A stretch of DNA of 63,989 nucleotides, filler included, from Licmophora abbreviata (taxonomy: Eukaryota): the NCBI GenBank assembly GCA_900291995.1. It is 24 parts of 24 records of this genome, joined end to end, with 100 filler letters (N's around TTAATTAATTAA, not from the genome) between each part and the next. Parts side by side here need not be neighbours in the genome. Positions count along the whole stretch, not along the records: positions 11,453 to 14,472 come from OLMU01005877.1; positions 14,573 to 15,695 come from OLMU01005878.1; positions 15,796 to 17,518 come from OLMU01005879.1; positions 17,619 to 19,968 come from OLMU01005880.1; positions 20,069 to 21,565 come from OLMU01005883.1; positions 21,666 to 23,158 come from OLMU01005886.1; 18 more parts are not named here. One strand, written 5' to 3'. Position 1 is the stretch's first letter. Each line of letters opens with the position of its first letter. The position numbers and the translations under genes were made by a program. The notes beneath the pieces are model-generated. The model saw only the letters and a list, made by a program, of their open reading frames with translations. It was not told the origin of the DNA and searched no databases. Below, piece after piece: positions 12,004-23,258 of the stretch.

Positions 12004-13849
12004 CTACGCATAGACCGGCACTGTTGACTTCAGAGACAACGGTTGGTCTCCAGATTCATCCCCACCAGCCTCATCATCTCCTCTTGCACGTCGTCGCAAC
12101 AGGTTTCGCCTTACCCACCTCCACACTGGGCTGATTTGTATCCGCTTCCATCGTCGCTTTAATGGCACCCCGATCGAACTAGAGGTCGACAATCGGATCA
12201 ACTCCCAGACACTCTGAAACGGCTTGAGCACAGATCGGTCCTTGCCACCGTCGTATTCGAGCGCCAGTGTCGACGCCGCTTGCGTCGCTGCCTCAGCGTC
12301 CACTTCGCATCGGGCCTTCGATACAGACGCGGCAGCGGAAAACAAGGCCGAACCAGTTGGAAAGGCTGCTACAATGCCCATTTGTAGTAGAGTCGCTCCT
12401 GGCCCACCCATCGCACTTAGATTATCCAAAAAGGGCAATTCCACAATCGCTGCCGTCACAGCAGCACACAGGGCAGAGAGAGCAGATGTAAAGGGCAGAA
12501 TAGCAGACGAGCGTGCTCCCTGGTTGGCATACGTGTCACAAATCGCAGCCGACCGAGCCTTCAACGCCACCGCATCTATGGCCCGGGCCAGAGAGTATTC
12601 GGACTGCGCCAAAAAGTACGCCGACTGCGCCGCTGCCAGTGCCGCCACAACGACCGTCTTGGTCGAGAGCGTCCCGGGTACCAGCGCTCCAATGATAGGC
12701 GCCGGCAATACCGACAAGGCAAACGTCTGCCACTTCTGGACCGATACCTTTGATTTGCGTTCAATTTGTTCCGTCGAGCTCAACCACGTCCTCGCCACTA
12801 TGTTATTCTTCGCAAACCTTCGATTTCCAACGGCTATGGCCGCCGTACAATAACTTCGGACGTCTTGCAATCCCAAACTTGAAACTGCCGCTGCCAGGAC
12901 ACTGACCAGAGGACACAACAAGTAAATCTCGGTCACCAACTGGGTATTCCCGACGGCGCCCATTGCATCCAACAAGACGGGCACCAGCAGACTCAAACTG
13001 GCCGCAAACGCCCCAATGCCTACGCACAATGGAGTCACTGCTTTGGACCGTTCTGCATTTGCCAGCAGGCCCTCAGCTTCGGCGGCACATTGAATGCTGG
13101 CAGCGGCTACCTCCTTTCCATCGGCGACTGCAACCTTGCCGACGAATTCAGCACCGATACCAATACTCGCAGCGACTACGGTCGTAATAATGAGTGGAAC
13201 GTGCACAACAAGGAGAGAAAGAAGCAAGCAAAGTGAGTACGTTTCCTGTATGAGATATCAATGTCCCAATGGTGTTAACCAATACTCGAGTATATTACTC
13301 ACATGCAGCCGCCGACGGAGCTAACACGTTGGTAATGTGCCCTCCAAACATCAGTGGACTGCTTCCAGCAGCTACAACTGCGGCACTCAGCATGGTGAGT
13401 TCCAGAGGACTAAGCTGAGCCTTTTCACCGGTAAACTTGTCGAGCATTTGCATGTCCCTCTCCAAGTTTGCCAGCGCGGCCCAGACTTCTTCTGATTTAC
13501 TCTGCGTTTTGCCGTCTAAAGATGCTGTTTGAAGCGCAGTAGGGACCAGGGCGGGAGACATGACACTCCCACCGAGACCCTTCACGTCTCCCTCGTAGCC
13601 TCGTCCGGTGTAAATCTTATAACTCCGTCGACCACTCTCGGCTGCTGTAGTCGATTCTGCCACCCCACTCGCCAGACTCTGAACTCCGCTGAGAACGCTC
13701 TCCCCGACGGGACGCGAGATCCTTTGTGAAAGAGCATGGGACGATGGTAGGAAATTGAATTGTAGTAGCAAGATTGAAAGACAGAAGAAGAGACGCAGTG
13801 TGCGATTTCGATACTGCCCCTTGTGCGTTCTTATTCTGGACGGCATCAT
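12004..13849 (-). CDS. Ala-rich multi-pass membrane protein with an N-terminal targeting-like sequence; exons 13849-13303 and 13175-12004 (about 572 aa)
   Basis: Intron 13302-13176 (GTGAGT..TAG) joins two long ORFs in frame; hydrophobic Ala-rich helices. Confidence 0.75.
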
Positions 13850-14343
13850 CGTCGCGGCGATACTTTGCAGTTTGATCTCAAATAGTCTTTTGGCCTCGAG
13901 GAAATTCGAACTAGAGCGGTTCAGTTTCACGTCAAGCGCATTGAATGAAGCTGTGGCCTCTCTCTTTTTCACTCGCACTGGAGACGGGCGTTTTTCGTTG
14001 CCACTGGTGAGGATGAAAGTGAGCACGTTGGACGTGACACTCATTGGCATCACGCATCAACACATCGTCTCGTCAGAACATCAGAACTGCAATCTGAAAA
14101 TTCAATGCGTCAGTGCGTCAGTGCCTCTATTTCATAGATAAAAAATGGATGGATGGCGCGAGCTGCGACGACGTAGAGACTGGAACTGGAACACACACGT
14201 TTTGAACGTCTCTTCCCGCGCAAAACATCCAAACGGAACCGTCACACACTCTGAACCCGCAGCTACAAAATCCAGAAGGCACAATCATCGTTGAACAGTT
14301 TATCATGTATGAATCCCTTCCTTACTTTGTATGAAATTATAAA

Positions 14344-15695
14344 TCATGTACATCCGTCTCCACAGCAGTCGCAGCAATCACAACCCACATCACAGTCGGC
14401 GCTCACAAACGTGGATAAGGTTTGCGCTTTGAGTGCTTCTACGTTGGTGCACGTAGCCTCTGGTATTTCCCCNNNNNNNNNNNNNNNNNNNNNNNNNNNN
14501 NNNNNNNNNNNNNNNNTTAATTAATTAANNNNNNNNNNNNNNNNNNNNNNNNNNNNNNNNNNNNNNNNNNNNTTTGCGCTTTGAGTGCTTCTACGTTGGT
14601 GCACGTAGCCTCTGGTATTTCCCCTGTAAGACCATTGAATTCTAGACTCAGCACTTGTAGAGCTGACAGGTTGCCAAACTCCGCTGGAATCGGGCCTTCG
14701 AGGGCGTTATTGTACACCAAAAACCCTGCAAGACTGGAACACAGTCCTATCTCTGTCGGAATGTTCCCACTCAATGAACAGTCTGCCGCATCAAAGACTT
14801 CCAAGTTGGGCATTGTGCCGATTTCAGTGGGTATTTGTCCACCTAAATCGGGGTTCGCGTAGACTTCCAGACTGATCAAGTTCGGCAGGGTCTTCATAAA
14901 GTCCAAGTTGCCGCTCAGAAACGAATCAAACAATATCACTGTCTCCAGAGAACCCAGCTCTCCTAGCTCAGTGGGTATTTCCGAGTCAAAAGTGTTGAAT
15001 GAAAGATCCAAATATCTCAAGTCTGACAGATCGGCGAATACGGACCCTGTCAAGGCCCCACTTATTGCGTTAAAGTACAGAGAAAGGTATTCTGTGGGAA
15101 GCGGAGGGTGAAGTAATGTGAGAGGATATGATGCTAAGCATACATCATCCATTTTACTGGACACCAGTTCAGTTTGACATACGTAGTTTGGTAAGCTCCC
15201 CTATTGACGGTGGTATTCCAACATATTCGACAAAACAGCTGTCCAAGTCGAGAATTTCTGTGGGAAGAACGAATGGACGAGGAATAGTTGCAACGGCATG
15301 ACAGGTGTGAGTGCTTTGTTGTAGTTCTATCAAATATGGTTCGAATCCTTCAGTCGAATACATACCGAGATTCGTCAATGTTCCCATCCAGAATGTTCCT
15401 TCGTCCTCGTATGAATCAAAGAAGTTGCTACTCAATGTCGCTTCCACCAAGGTTGGTGACAACAAGCCGATCTCATTAGGGATAATTCCCGTCAGGTTGT
15501 TGGATCCCAGTTCAAGTGCAATTACTCTCTCTGCGTCGTCACATACAATCCCATACCATTCACACTTGTTGGAAGACGTGGCATCCAGCCAATTCGTCTC
15601 ATTTGCCCATGCTGGGATATCATCGCCGGTCCATACGTTCGCGACGATATAGGTCGCGTAGAAGAGATTCGCGAGGCTGTAGTACTCTCGAATGT
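14344..15695 (-). CDS. Plant-type leucine-rich-repeat region with a Cys-rich C-terminal cap; intron-containing and split by the spacer at 14473
   Basis: N-cap NWLDATSSNKCEWYGIVCD; LxxNxLxGxIPxEIG repeats; ends SADCDVGCDCCDCCGDGCT-stop at 14344. Confidence 0.88.
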
Positions 15696-15795
15696 NNNNN
15701 NNNNNNNNNNNNNNNNNNNNNNNNNNNNNNNNNNNNNNNTTAATTAATTAANNNNNNNNNNNNNNNNNNNNNNNNNNNNNNNNNNNNNNNNNNNN

Positions 15796-16642
15796 TGAAG
15801 GTTCCAGAGTTGGTTTTATCGTGGGGTTTGGTGGTGGGAGCGGGCGTAGGAGCTTGTGTGGGGGGAGCGGCTGTCGGCTGAAATGAAGGTTCCAGAGTTG
15901 GGTTTATCGTGGGGTTTGTCGTGGGAGCGGGCGTAGGAGCTTGTGTGGGGGCGGGTGTGGGGGCGGGTGCGGGAGCAGGAGTTGGCTCTACCCTGTTAAA
16001 GACCGGCTGCACAGAAGGGAAGGTGGTTGGCTCATCCGTGGAAGAAGCGGTGGGAAGCGATGGAACGTTGGGAACGACTGGGACCGGACTCGAAGGAAAG
16101 GTAGGAGTCGGGAAGGTGGGGGAGGGAGGAGGTGGCGGTGTCGGTGTCGGTGGTGGAGGAGTCGGAGGGGGTGGAGACGGCGCCCAGCCTTTCTTGCCGT
16201 TGCCCTTTTTGCCGCCTCCCTTTTTGCCGTTCCGCTTCTTGCCGCTGCGACTGGAGCTACTGCTCTGACTGCTACTGCTACTGCTATTGCTGTCCTGGCT
16301 TGTGCTGGGTCCACTTTGCCTGGTCGATGTCCGGCCTGTTCTGATAGGTTCTATCGGCAAAGTCGATCCTCCTCTTCCTTGCTGTGTCGTACCTGTGCTC
16401 CGAGGCCGCGTGTACCAGACCGTCGCTCGTTCAAACAGGTAGCTGGCAAAGCCTTGGGACTCTTCCTTCGGTTCGCTCGTTGTGGGTTCTCGCTCACGCT
16501 CCGCAAAGAGTCGGTACTCTTCGACCTTCTTCTTGTAGACTGCAGAATTACCACGGAATACACCCGCAGTCACGTTCGTGGAGAAGAGGATCAACACGTA
16601 CAACGAAGTCAGAAGAATGCGCCGCATCACCAAGGGCATCAT
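15796..16642 (-). CDS. Secreted protein N-terminus: signal peptide, Ser-rich/Lys-Gly cluster and Pro/Thr stalk; probably the 5' half of the LRR gene
   Basis: MMPLVMRRILLTSLYVLILFSTNVTA; SSSSRSGKKRNGKKGGGKKGNGKKG; PPPTPPP and APTPAPT repeats; open into the gap towards the LRR segment. Confidence 0.8.
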
Positions 16643-17618
16643 GGTCAAACAGATGTATTTGTTGTTGTAATTTGTAATTTTGTGACGAGATGCAAACGAA
16701 AAAATGTCACACGATCGAAGGAATGACCTTTGGGCCTTTGGATATATGGCCCACCAGACATTCACCCGATGACACCTGATGGTACATAAATACGTACCGA
16801 TTCGGATGCCTCGAAGGATGACCGTTTATACTTTTTTAGCTCAGGTGAGCCAGGCGATCAACGGGACGCTTTTCCGGGTACCAGTGCCGGTAGACTACCA
16901 GTAAGTCGTTGCCTGGTATCATACCAGGTGCCGCCGGTATCCCTCCTGCCTCACATAGACTTCTCTATCCTGGCCTGCCTCTACCTACGCGGTACCTTAT
17001 TGGACCGACCGTCTTTCGTATTGTAGCGGGTCTTGTACCTGATAGTCCAGTGCTTCTATCGGTATGATATCTACAACCTGTAGTATCAAGAGCCGAGAGC
17101 ACACCGACGCTCTGCTGACCAACTCCCAAGATCTGATCAACCTAAGGGGAGAATGACCATGGAATAGAATCGACTTACCTGGTGGACCGCAGTGTTGCAC
17201 CTTTCGGCACTGCAGGTGCGAAGGTCCGCTGCTGTTGTCTTCTACTAATGCTGAACTTTGACCTCCTACGCGTGCGTAGATAGTACTCATAGAATGCCAG
17301 CGTACTCGACAATAGCTAGAAATGAACCCAAAGAATTTTATCGCTTTTCTACTTGTTTAATTTACCTTTCCTCTACTGTAAGCTGGACGCAGCCTTGACA
17401 CAAAGAACAATGTTGTTCGGCGGCAGTACCCCGCTTCGAAAAAATCGACACACGCTTCTCATTTTCAAAATATAAAATGGAATGCCCGATAGGGTCACTC
17501 GCAAGACACGGAGATTGGNNNNNNNNNNNNNNNNNNNNNNNNNNNNNNNNNNNNNNNNNNNNTTAATTAATTAANNNNNNNNNNNNNNNNNNNNNNNNNN
17601 NNNNNNNNNNNNNNNNNN

Positions 17619-18219
17619 AGCCTCCAGACTGCCCGGGAGGAGGGCCAGGACTAGGAGACTGTCCACCTACTCCAGATGGGGATCCGCCTGGCGAGCCTCC
17701 AGACTGCCCAGGAGGAGGACCAGGACTGGAAGACTGTCCACCAGATCCCTTGCTTGATCCCTTGCTTCCGGAAGGCCCAGGTGGGGATCCGCCTGGCGAG
17801 CCTCCAGACTGCCCGGGGGGAGGGCCAGGAGGAGGACCGGGGGGAGTACTAGAACTAGGAGACTGTCCACCTACACCTGCTCCAGTTGTCGGGCTGCCTT
17901 GCCCAGTACCGGTAGGAGTAGTAGGACGCGTCGGCACAAACCAGCTTGGAGGAGCATTGACCGGAGAAGGCGTGTTTAGAGGGGTTGTACCACCAACAGT
18001 CGGCGAGCTTCCGCTTTGACCAGAAACTCCTGCTGGGGTACTGCCCATCATATCTTGCTTTTCGGCGTCGTCGCCACCCATGCCCATCGAGTCGTCGTCC
18101 ATCCCGAGGCGTCGATTCCTTTGCACCTCCGTTTCGACGCGTCCACTCTCGCCTCTCAGTTTGGCGTGTGCTGGAGCACCGAGAAGGCAAACGATAAGCG
18201 CTAGTAGAGTGGTCTTCAT
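17619..18219 (-). CDS. Secreted Gly/Ser/Pro-rich silaffin/cingulin-like protein, 3' end in gap
   Basis: Signal peptide, RRL motif, GMDDDSMGMGG, TPSPVNAPPSW, GSKGSSKGSGG, and repeated PGPPPGQSGGSPGGSP. Confidence 0.8.
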
Positions 18220-18885
18220 TGTGCTTTCGTTGAGTTGTGAAAAGTCTCTCGCTCAAATCCGAATGCTAGTATGGATGGAGTGATGACATGCATGACCTTT
18301 GCAAGATTGCGTCGCAAAAACGAATGCTTTCAAAATGTGAGTTGGATTTGAATTCGTCGTAGCCGTACGTGGCGGCAGTACTAAAATCCAAACGACTAAG
18401 TATTTTTGAGTGATGAATTCATTGCGATAGATGCGCCGTATGATCACTCCAGTCGTACCGCGACTCCCATGATGTGCCAAGTGTCATTTCCACGGCACCT
18501 TGGTATGCTGACGGGCGCGACGGTTGTTCGGCAGTTGGAAAAAGCACGATCTACCATAAATAGCGCATCATTCATGTTTTAGGATTGCATAAAATGGTAG
18601 AGCATTGCTTCAGTATCATACATACTGAAATTACTTTGACCTTACGTAAGGGTCCAAAACCGAGGAGATCTGGCAGAAAGTCCGAGACGAAATGATTTTG
18701 GGTGTTTTTCCAAACGTCGGTCAGACATCGATTGCCTGTCACGGTACGTTGCCAGCCTGATGATGTTCAATTTTGGAAAGGGTGGGCACTTCTCGCCTCT
18801 GACGAACGAGAGGACTGCATCGCGACTTTACATGTTATATGCAGTAGCTTTCATAGTTTCGAAATCATTAAGCTGTCCTTTCACA

Positions 18886-19968
18886 TTATTTCATCATTCT
18901 CTGCCTCTTATTTGCCTTCCAGCAAGCCACAAGTGTCCCACCAATGGCACCCGCCAGTACAATGCTGGCGGCAGTCAACCCCCCAATGAGAGCGGCATCT
19001 GAGCTCCCACCGCTTCTTCCCCCCTGTCCTCCATTTTGTGGCTCGGAAATGGTGACCTGCAGGTCGGTAATGTTTTGTATCCCAGTCCTCTCCTGCACCA
19101 GAGCAGCCTCCAGGGTCTCGTAGCCGTTGCTATTGACAAAGTACAATTCGAGGAAATCACTCATTTCTCTCGACGAGGGGTACGGTTCCCCTGAAAAGAA
19201 GGCAGTAATGAGTACCTCGACACTCACTTCAGCCCTTAGAAAGCGTCGTTGACGAAACTCAAACGACAGGACAGTCGCGTTGACACTGCTTCTTTCAAAC
19301 GTATCGAATGCATTCGTCCCCTCCTTGATAATAATGGCCATGTATCCTTCAATCTGCAGTTTCAGCACGGCCTCATCGAAGGGGTCCTCGTCCTGGACCA
19401 CAAAGAAGATATCAATAGGATTGAGTGCCACATCGATCAGGTCCTCCTCGGGAGAAGGGACTTGGTCGTCGTCCTCTCCAATTGTAAATAGCAAGTCCGT
19501 AATGTTTTCAATTCCAGTTCGGGTCGAGACTAGAACAGTCTCTAGATCATCATAGCCCGTCCCAAGATCAAAGTATATCTGGACGCGATCCGTCAAATCT
19601 TGCGTGGTCGGGTACGGGTCGTCCGCAAAGAAAGCCGTCATGACAATCTCCGCCGTCACTTGCTCCTTGAGCACGCGGCGTTCCACGTCCAAAGACGTGG
19701 TGGTGACATTGACATCGCTTCGCCTGTAGGTAGGGTACTCTTGTGAACCAGTTCCGATGATGAAAGTCACAAAGGCTCCCAGCTGCTGCTCGACCAGGAG
19801 TAGATTTACCGGGTCCTCGTCTTGGACCACAAAGGAAACAAACATGCGTTCCACGGGCACTGCAACGAACGTTTTCGTGGGAGCGCTGGTCGGTGCGAGC
19901 GAAGGTTCGGCCGACGGCGCTGTTGTAGAGGGAGAGAGGGAGGGAGCTAGCGTGGTTGGAGCATTCGT
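18886..19968 (-). CDS. Type I membrane protein: PSxxPS stalk, two tandem ~130-aa SEA-like domains, C-terminal TM and short basic tail; 5' end in gap
   Basis: Repeated FVVQDEDP...VNxT...RRxL...TAFF...YP...GYxxLE..LV..RTGIxNITDL; TM ALIGGLTAASIVLAGAIGGTLVAC followed by WKANKRQRMMK. Confidence 0.8.
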   Translation of the reverse strand, partial: TNAPTTLAPSLSPSTTAPSAEPSLAPTSAPTKTFVAVPVERMFVSFVVQDEDPVNLLLVEQQLGAFVTFIIGTGSQEYPTYRRSDVNVTTTSLDVERRVLKEQVTAEIVMTAFFADDPYPTTQDLTDRVQIYFDLGTGYDDLETVLVSTRTGIENITDLLFTIGEDDDQVPSPEEDLIDVALNPIDIFFVVQDEDPFDEAVLKLQIEGYMAIIIKEGTNAFDTFERSSVNATVLSFEFRQRRFLRAEVSVEVLITAFFSGEPYPSSREMSDFLELYFVNSNGYETLEAALVQERTGIQNITDLQVTISEPQNGGQGGRSGGSSDAALIGGLTAASIVLAGAIGGTLVACWKANKRQRMMK

Positions 19969-20068
19969 NNNNNNNNNNNNNNNNNNNNNNNNNNNNNNNN
20001 NNNNNNNNNNNNTTAATTAATTAANNNNNNNNNNNNNNNNNNNNNNNNNNNNNNNNNNNNNNNNNNNN

Positions 20069-20415
20069 TTCTGCTCGTCCTCGCAGCTCCCGCACTAGCA
20101 CAAGTCCGCGAGAGGGATCTTCAAGAAGTGAAGAACCAGTCACATCGGCACGCTCAAGCAAAGCAAGCTGCTTCACTCCCTCTCCCATCAACGAAGAAGC
20201 TCATCCCTGCTCTTGGTATGAACCGCCAACGCCGACCGGTGATCGATCCCCTAATTTCCCCGATAGTGGTGCTCCCAAGTCAGGTGCTCCTTAGAATGGT
20301 GCTCCCAAGTTAGTCCGGCGGCGGCGGCGACACAGCCCCCAGCACAGTTAGTACCGGCTTTACTCCATCCTGTCCCCTAAACGCCCCTCCGTCTTGGGAG
20401 TGCATAGTGAACTGA
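20069..20415 (+). pseudogene. Degenerate copy of the secreted 'APPSW' Gly/Ser/Lys protein family
   Basis: A signal-like LLVLAAPALAQ, then FTPSPINEEAHPCSW and SGAPKSGAP*NGAPK in a second frame, then an in-frame TAG at 20311 before FTPSCPLNAPPSW. Confidence 0.6.
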
Positions 20416-21235
20416 GAAACAAAGTTGATCATGTGGATGTGCCTTTTGTATATCCTGTTGCCGCCCTCAGTGCTAGGACATCAACTCTGTCGGTGCAAAT
20501 CAAGTATGGCTTCGTTACAGTAGTGGTGTTGTAGCAAGTTGTATCGAGAATTTTTGAGAATGCAAGAATGCAGTCTTCGCATCATACGTAGTGATGGACA
20601 CTATGAGTCAAGCTTTTCTTTTATCTTATAGCGAGTACCTGGTAGGTGCGCAGATAGGTGTATCGAGACTCGTCCCAAGCACTACTAGCAACAAATATCC
20701 AGCATTGGTGGAGGTGGCACCCCCTGATGCTTGCTTGCTTGCTCGCAAGTACGATCTGTACAGGCACATGAGGTAGCTACTACCAGCAACAAACACACTG
20801 GGTAGCAATGTCGCCAGTTGTGGACCGGTTCAGAGGAAGGCATCTTCAGAAGTGAATTTACGGCTAATAATCAACGTGTTCCCTCTTAGCCTTTCCTTGT
20901 CTACGGCGTGACCGATCGATTGATTGGCCCAAGGAGAACGCTTCCTCGTCGAATTTTGAAATCTTTTGATAGTTCGGGCTTCGGTGCGTGCGACACCCGG
21001 CAGTCGATCCAACAAATAGTTAAATAATCTTACTAAATGGATAGTTCCATAGTATCGGTCTAGCCAACGGAAGAGGTGCGCGCGAGGAGGTGCGCCATTT
21101 GTCAAAATTTCAAAAAGTGATGACTGGTCGTGCAAAAAGCCACGAAAGCCAACCTTCTCTGCCACAGTCACAACCGTTGAAGCTGCACAAACATTGGCAA
21201 CTCGACTCACTTCTCAACTTTCTCTCGAGTTCAAC

Positions 21236-21565
21236 ATGAAGTTTACTACTGCCGTCGTTCTGCTTGTCGTCGCCTGCTCTGGCGTCGAGGCAAACCTGCG
21301 CGATGCCAAGCAGGAGAAAGAGGAAAAGCGTCCCCGCCGTCTCTTTGCCACACCTTCTCCCGTAGCAGCGCCCCCATCCTGGACCCCTGGTGGCACGTCC
21401 CCAAGCTTCTCCGGAGCTCAACCTGGCAACCCAACTGGTGGAAGTAGTGGATCCCCCAAGGGAGGTTCAAAGGGTGGCTCCAAGGGCGGCTCCAAGGGTG
21501 ACAGTCCCGGAGGCGCGCCCTCGTTTGCGGGTGGTCAGCCTTCGGGAGGCGGTGGCTTGTATACT
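21236..21565 (+). CDS. Secreted Gly/Ser/Lys-rich silaffin/cingulin-like protein, 3' end in gap
   Basis: MKFTTAVVLLVVACSGVEA, RRL motif, TPSPVAAPPSW, and SPKGGSKGGSKGGSKG. Confidence 0.82.
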
Positions 21566-22446
21566 NNNNNNNNNNNNNNNNNNNNNNNNNNNNNNNNNNN
21601 NNNNNNNNNTTAATTAATTAANNNNNNNNNNNNNNNNNNNNNNNNNNNNNNNNNNNNNNNNNNNNAATCGACGACGAGGCATGTTAGCTAGTGTATAAGT
21701 AGTGTACCTGGAGTGGATGTCGTTGTTGTCGTCTATTCTGTGCGTGGTGGTAGGAAGATGCAGGTCGTAGTATCAGGTAGTCCTGTAGGATTGGATGGAA
21801 GTAGTAGGCACAGTATAAAACGTCGTGTATGTGGAAACTGCAAAAGAATGTGTGAGTCTGGATCGATCCTTGTATTGACGTTTCCGGCGAATTCTTGCGT
21901 CAATGAATGGTGACTAGACGTTCGCGCTTCCAAGCAGATTTGAGTTTTGCTGTTCTTGAAAGTGCAGTGTGTGCGGGAACTGAAGTAGAGATGACTGTGT
22001 CACTGCGTCGTCTAAGATAGAAGTAGTGTCAGAAGAAGAAGACGATTGCTCTGTGAACTAGAATGAATCCATCCATCCATCCATTCAAACACAGCAAAAA
22101 CTACGATAGTTGAAATGGTAGAGAGCGTCACATTGCAGAACAAAAGGGCCTTCTGTCTTGAAGCTTGTGATTGTGGCTGACGACCCACCACTGACGAGGA
22201 TTCATGTCTGTCGTTGTGACAAATATCCATATGTAATCACGCTAGTACGACATGGAACAGACAAGGAAACGCACGTCGACGAAGATGAGTTTGGACTGAA
22301 GGACGAACGGACGGTCATGGGAGGCAACGAAGATCTCTCTTCTTGGGACTTTTTGTGTCTTGTGTTGTTCTGTGGATGAACCATACAGTTAATATCGGCT
22401 CTGTTGCCTTTGCATTTTTCCTGTCGTCACGAATCCCTCCTTCACC

Positions 22447-22899
22447 ATGGCGACTCGACGTCTCATGAAGGAACGATCTTCCCTGGAAAAGAACCCCCTC
22501 GCCTACTGCCCCAGCATTACTGTCCCCAACGACCAAGACATGTACTCCTGGAAGGCCCAAATCCTCGGCCCACCCCGCACACCCTACGACGGCGGCACCT
22601 TTACGATTACCCTCCACTTTCCCTCCACCTACCCCTTCAAGGCTCCCACACTCAAGTTCGACACCAAGGTCTACCACCCCAGTGTCTCGCTCAAGACGGG
22701 AGAACTCTGCGCGGCCCTCTTGGGCGACTGGGGACCGACGCTCAACGTGAGGCACTGTCTGGCGGTAGTCTACGATATGCTCCGGGAACCCAGTGCGGAT
22801 CATCCTCTGGAGGAGGAGGTTGCGGCGCTCTTGAAGGAAAAGCCAAAGGAATTTGATAAAATGGCCAAAAAGTGGACCAAGGAGTATGCAAAGAAGTAA
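22447..22899 (+). CDS. Ubiquitin-conjugating enzyme E2 (UBC4/UBE2D-like fold)
   Basis: RRLMKE, GPPRTPYDGGTF, YPFKAP, YHPSV...GELC (catalytic Cys) and WGP motifs. Confidence 0.93.
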   Translation: MATRRLMKERSSLEKNPLAYCPSITVPNDQDMYSWKAQILGPPRTPYDGGTFTITLHFPSTYPFKAPTLKFDTKVYHPSVSLKTGELCAALLGDWGPTLNVRHCLAVVYDMLREPSADHPLEEEVAALLKEKPKEFDKMAKKWTKEYAKK

Positions 22900-23258
22900 T
22901 TATACTATATAATATATACTGTGAAAAGTAAACGGCCGTCCTGCTACGTATCATACTTGTTTCGAGAGACAGTGAGTGAGTCAAGTCTCTTCCATCCATG
23001 GATCGTCGATTCGCAGTTTTCTAGTATAGTAGTATCATGATTCCTTTTTCCGTGTCAGAGTCCTGTGACTGCTGCTTCGAGTAGCACGCCTACTCGTAGT
23101 AGGGTTGGTACTACTATTGTTGTGACTGTTCCACAAGGACACGGATGATGATGATGATNNNNNNNNNNNNNNNNNNNNNNNNNNNNNNNNNNNNNNNNNN
23201 NNTTAATTAATTAANNNNNNNNNNNNNNNNNNNNNNNNNNNNNNNNNNNNNNNNNNNN

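Noticed and set aside
15909..16726. Gly/Val-rich and Arg-rich plus-strand ORFs resembling structural proteins
   Set aside because: Reverse-complement readings of Pro/Thr codons in the minus-strand gene.
16880..17000. Short GGTA/TACC inverted repeats (e.g. CCTGGTATCATACCAGG)
   Set aside because: Short low-complexity intergenic palindromes with no element boundaries or RNA-gene features.
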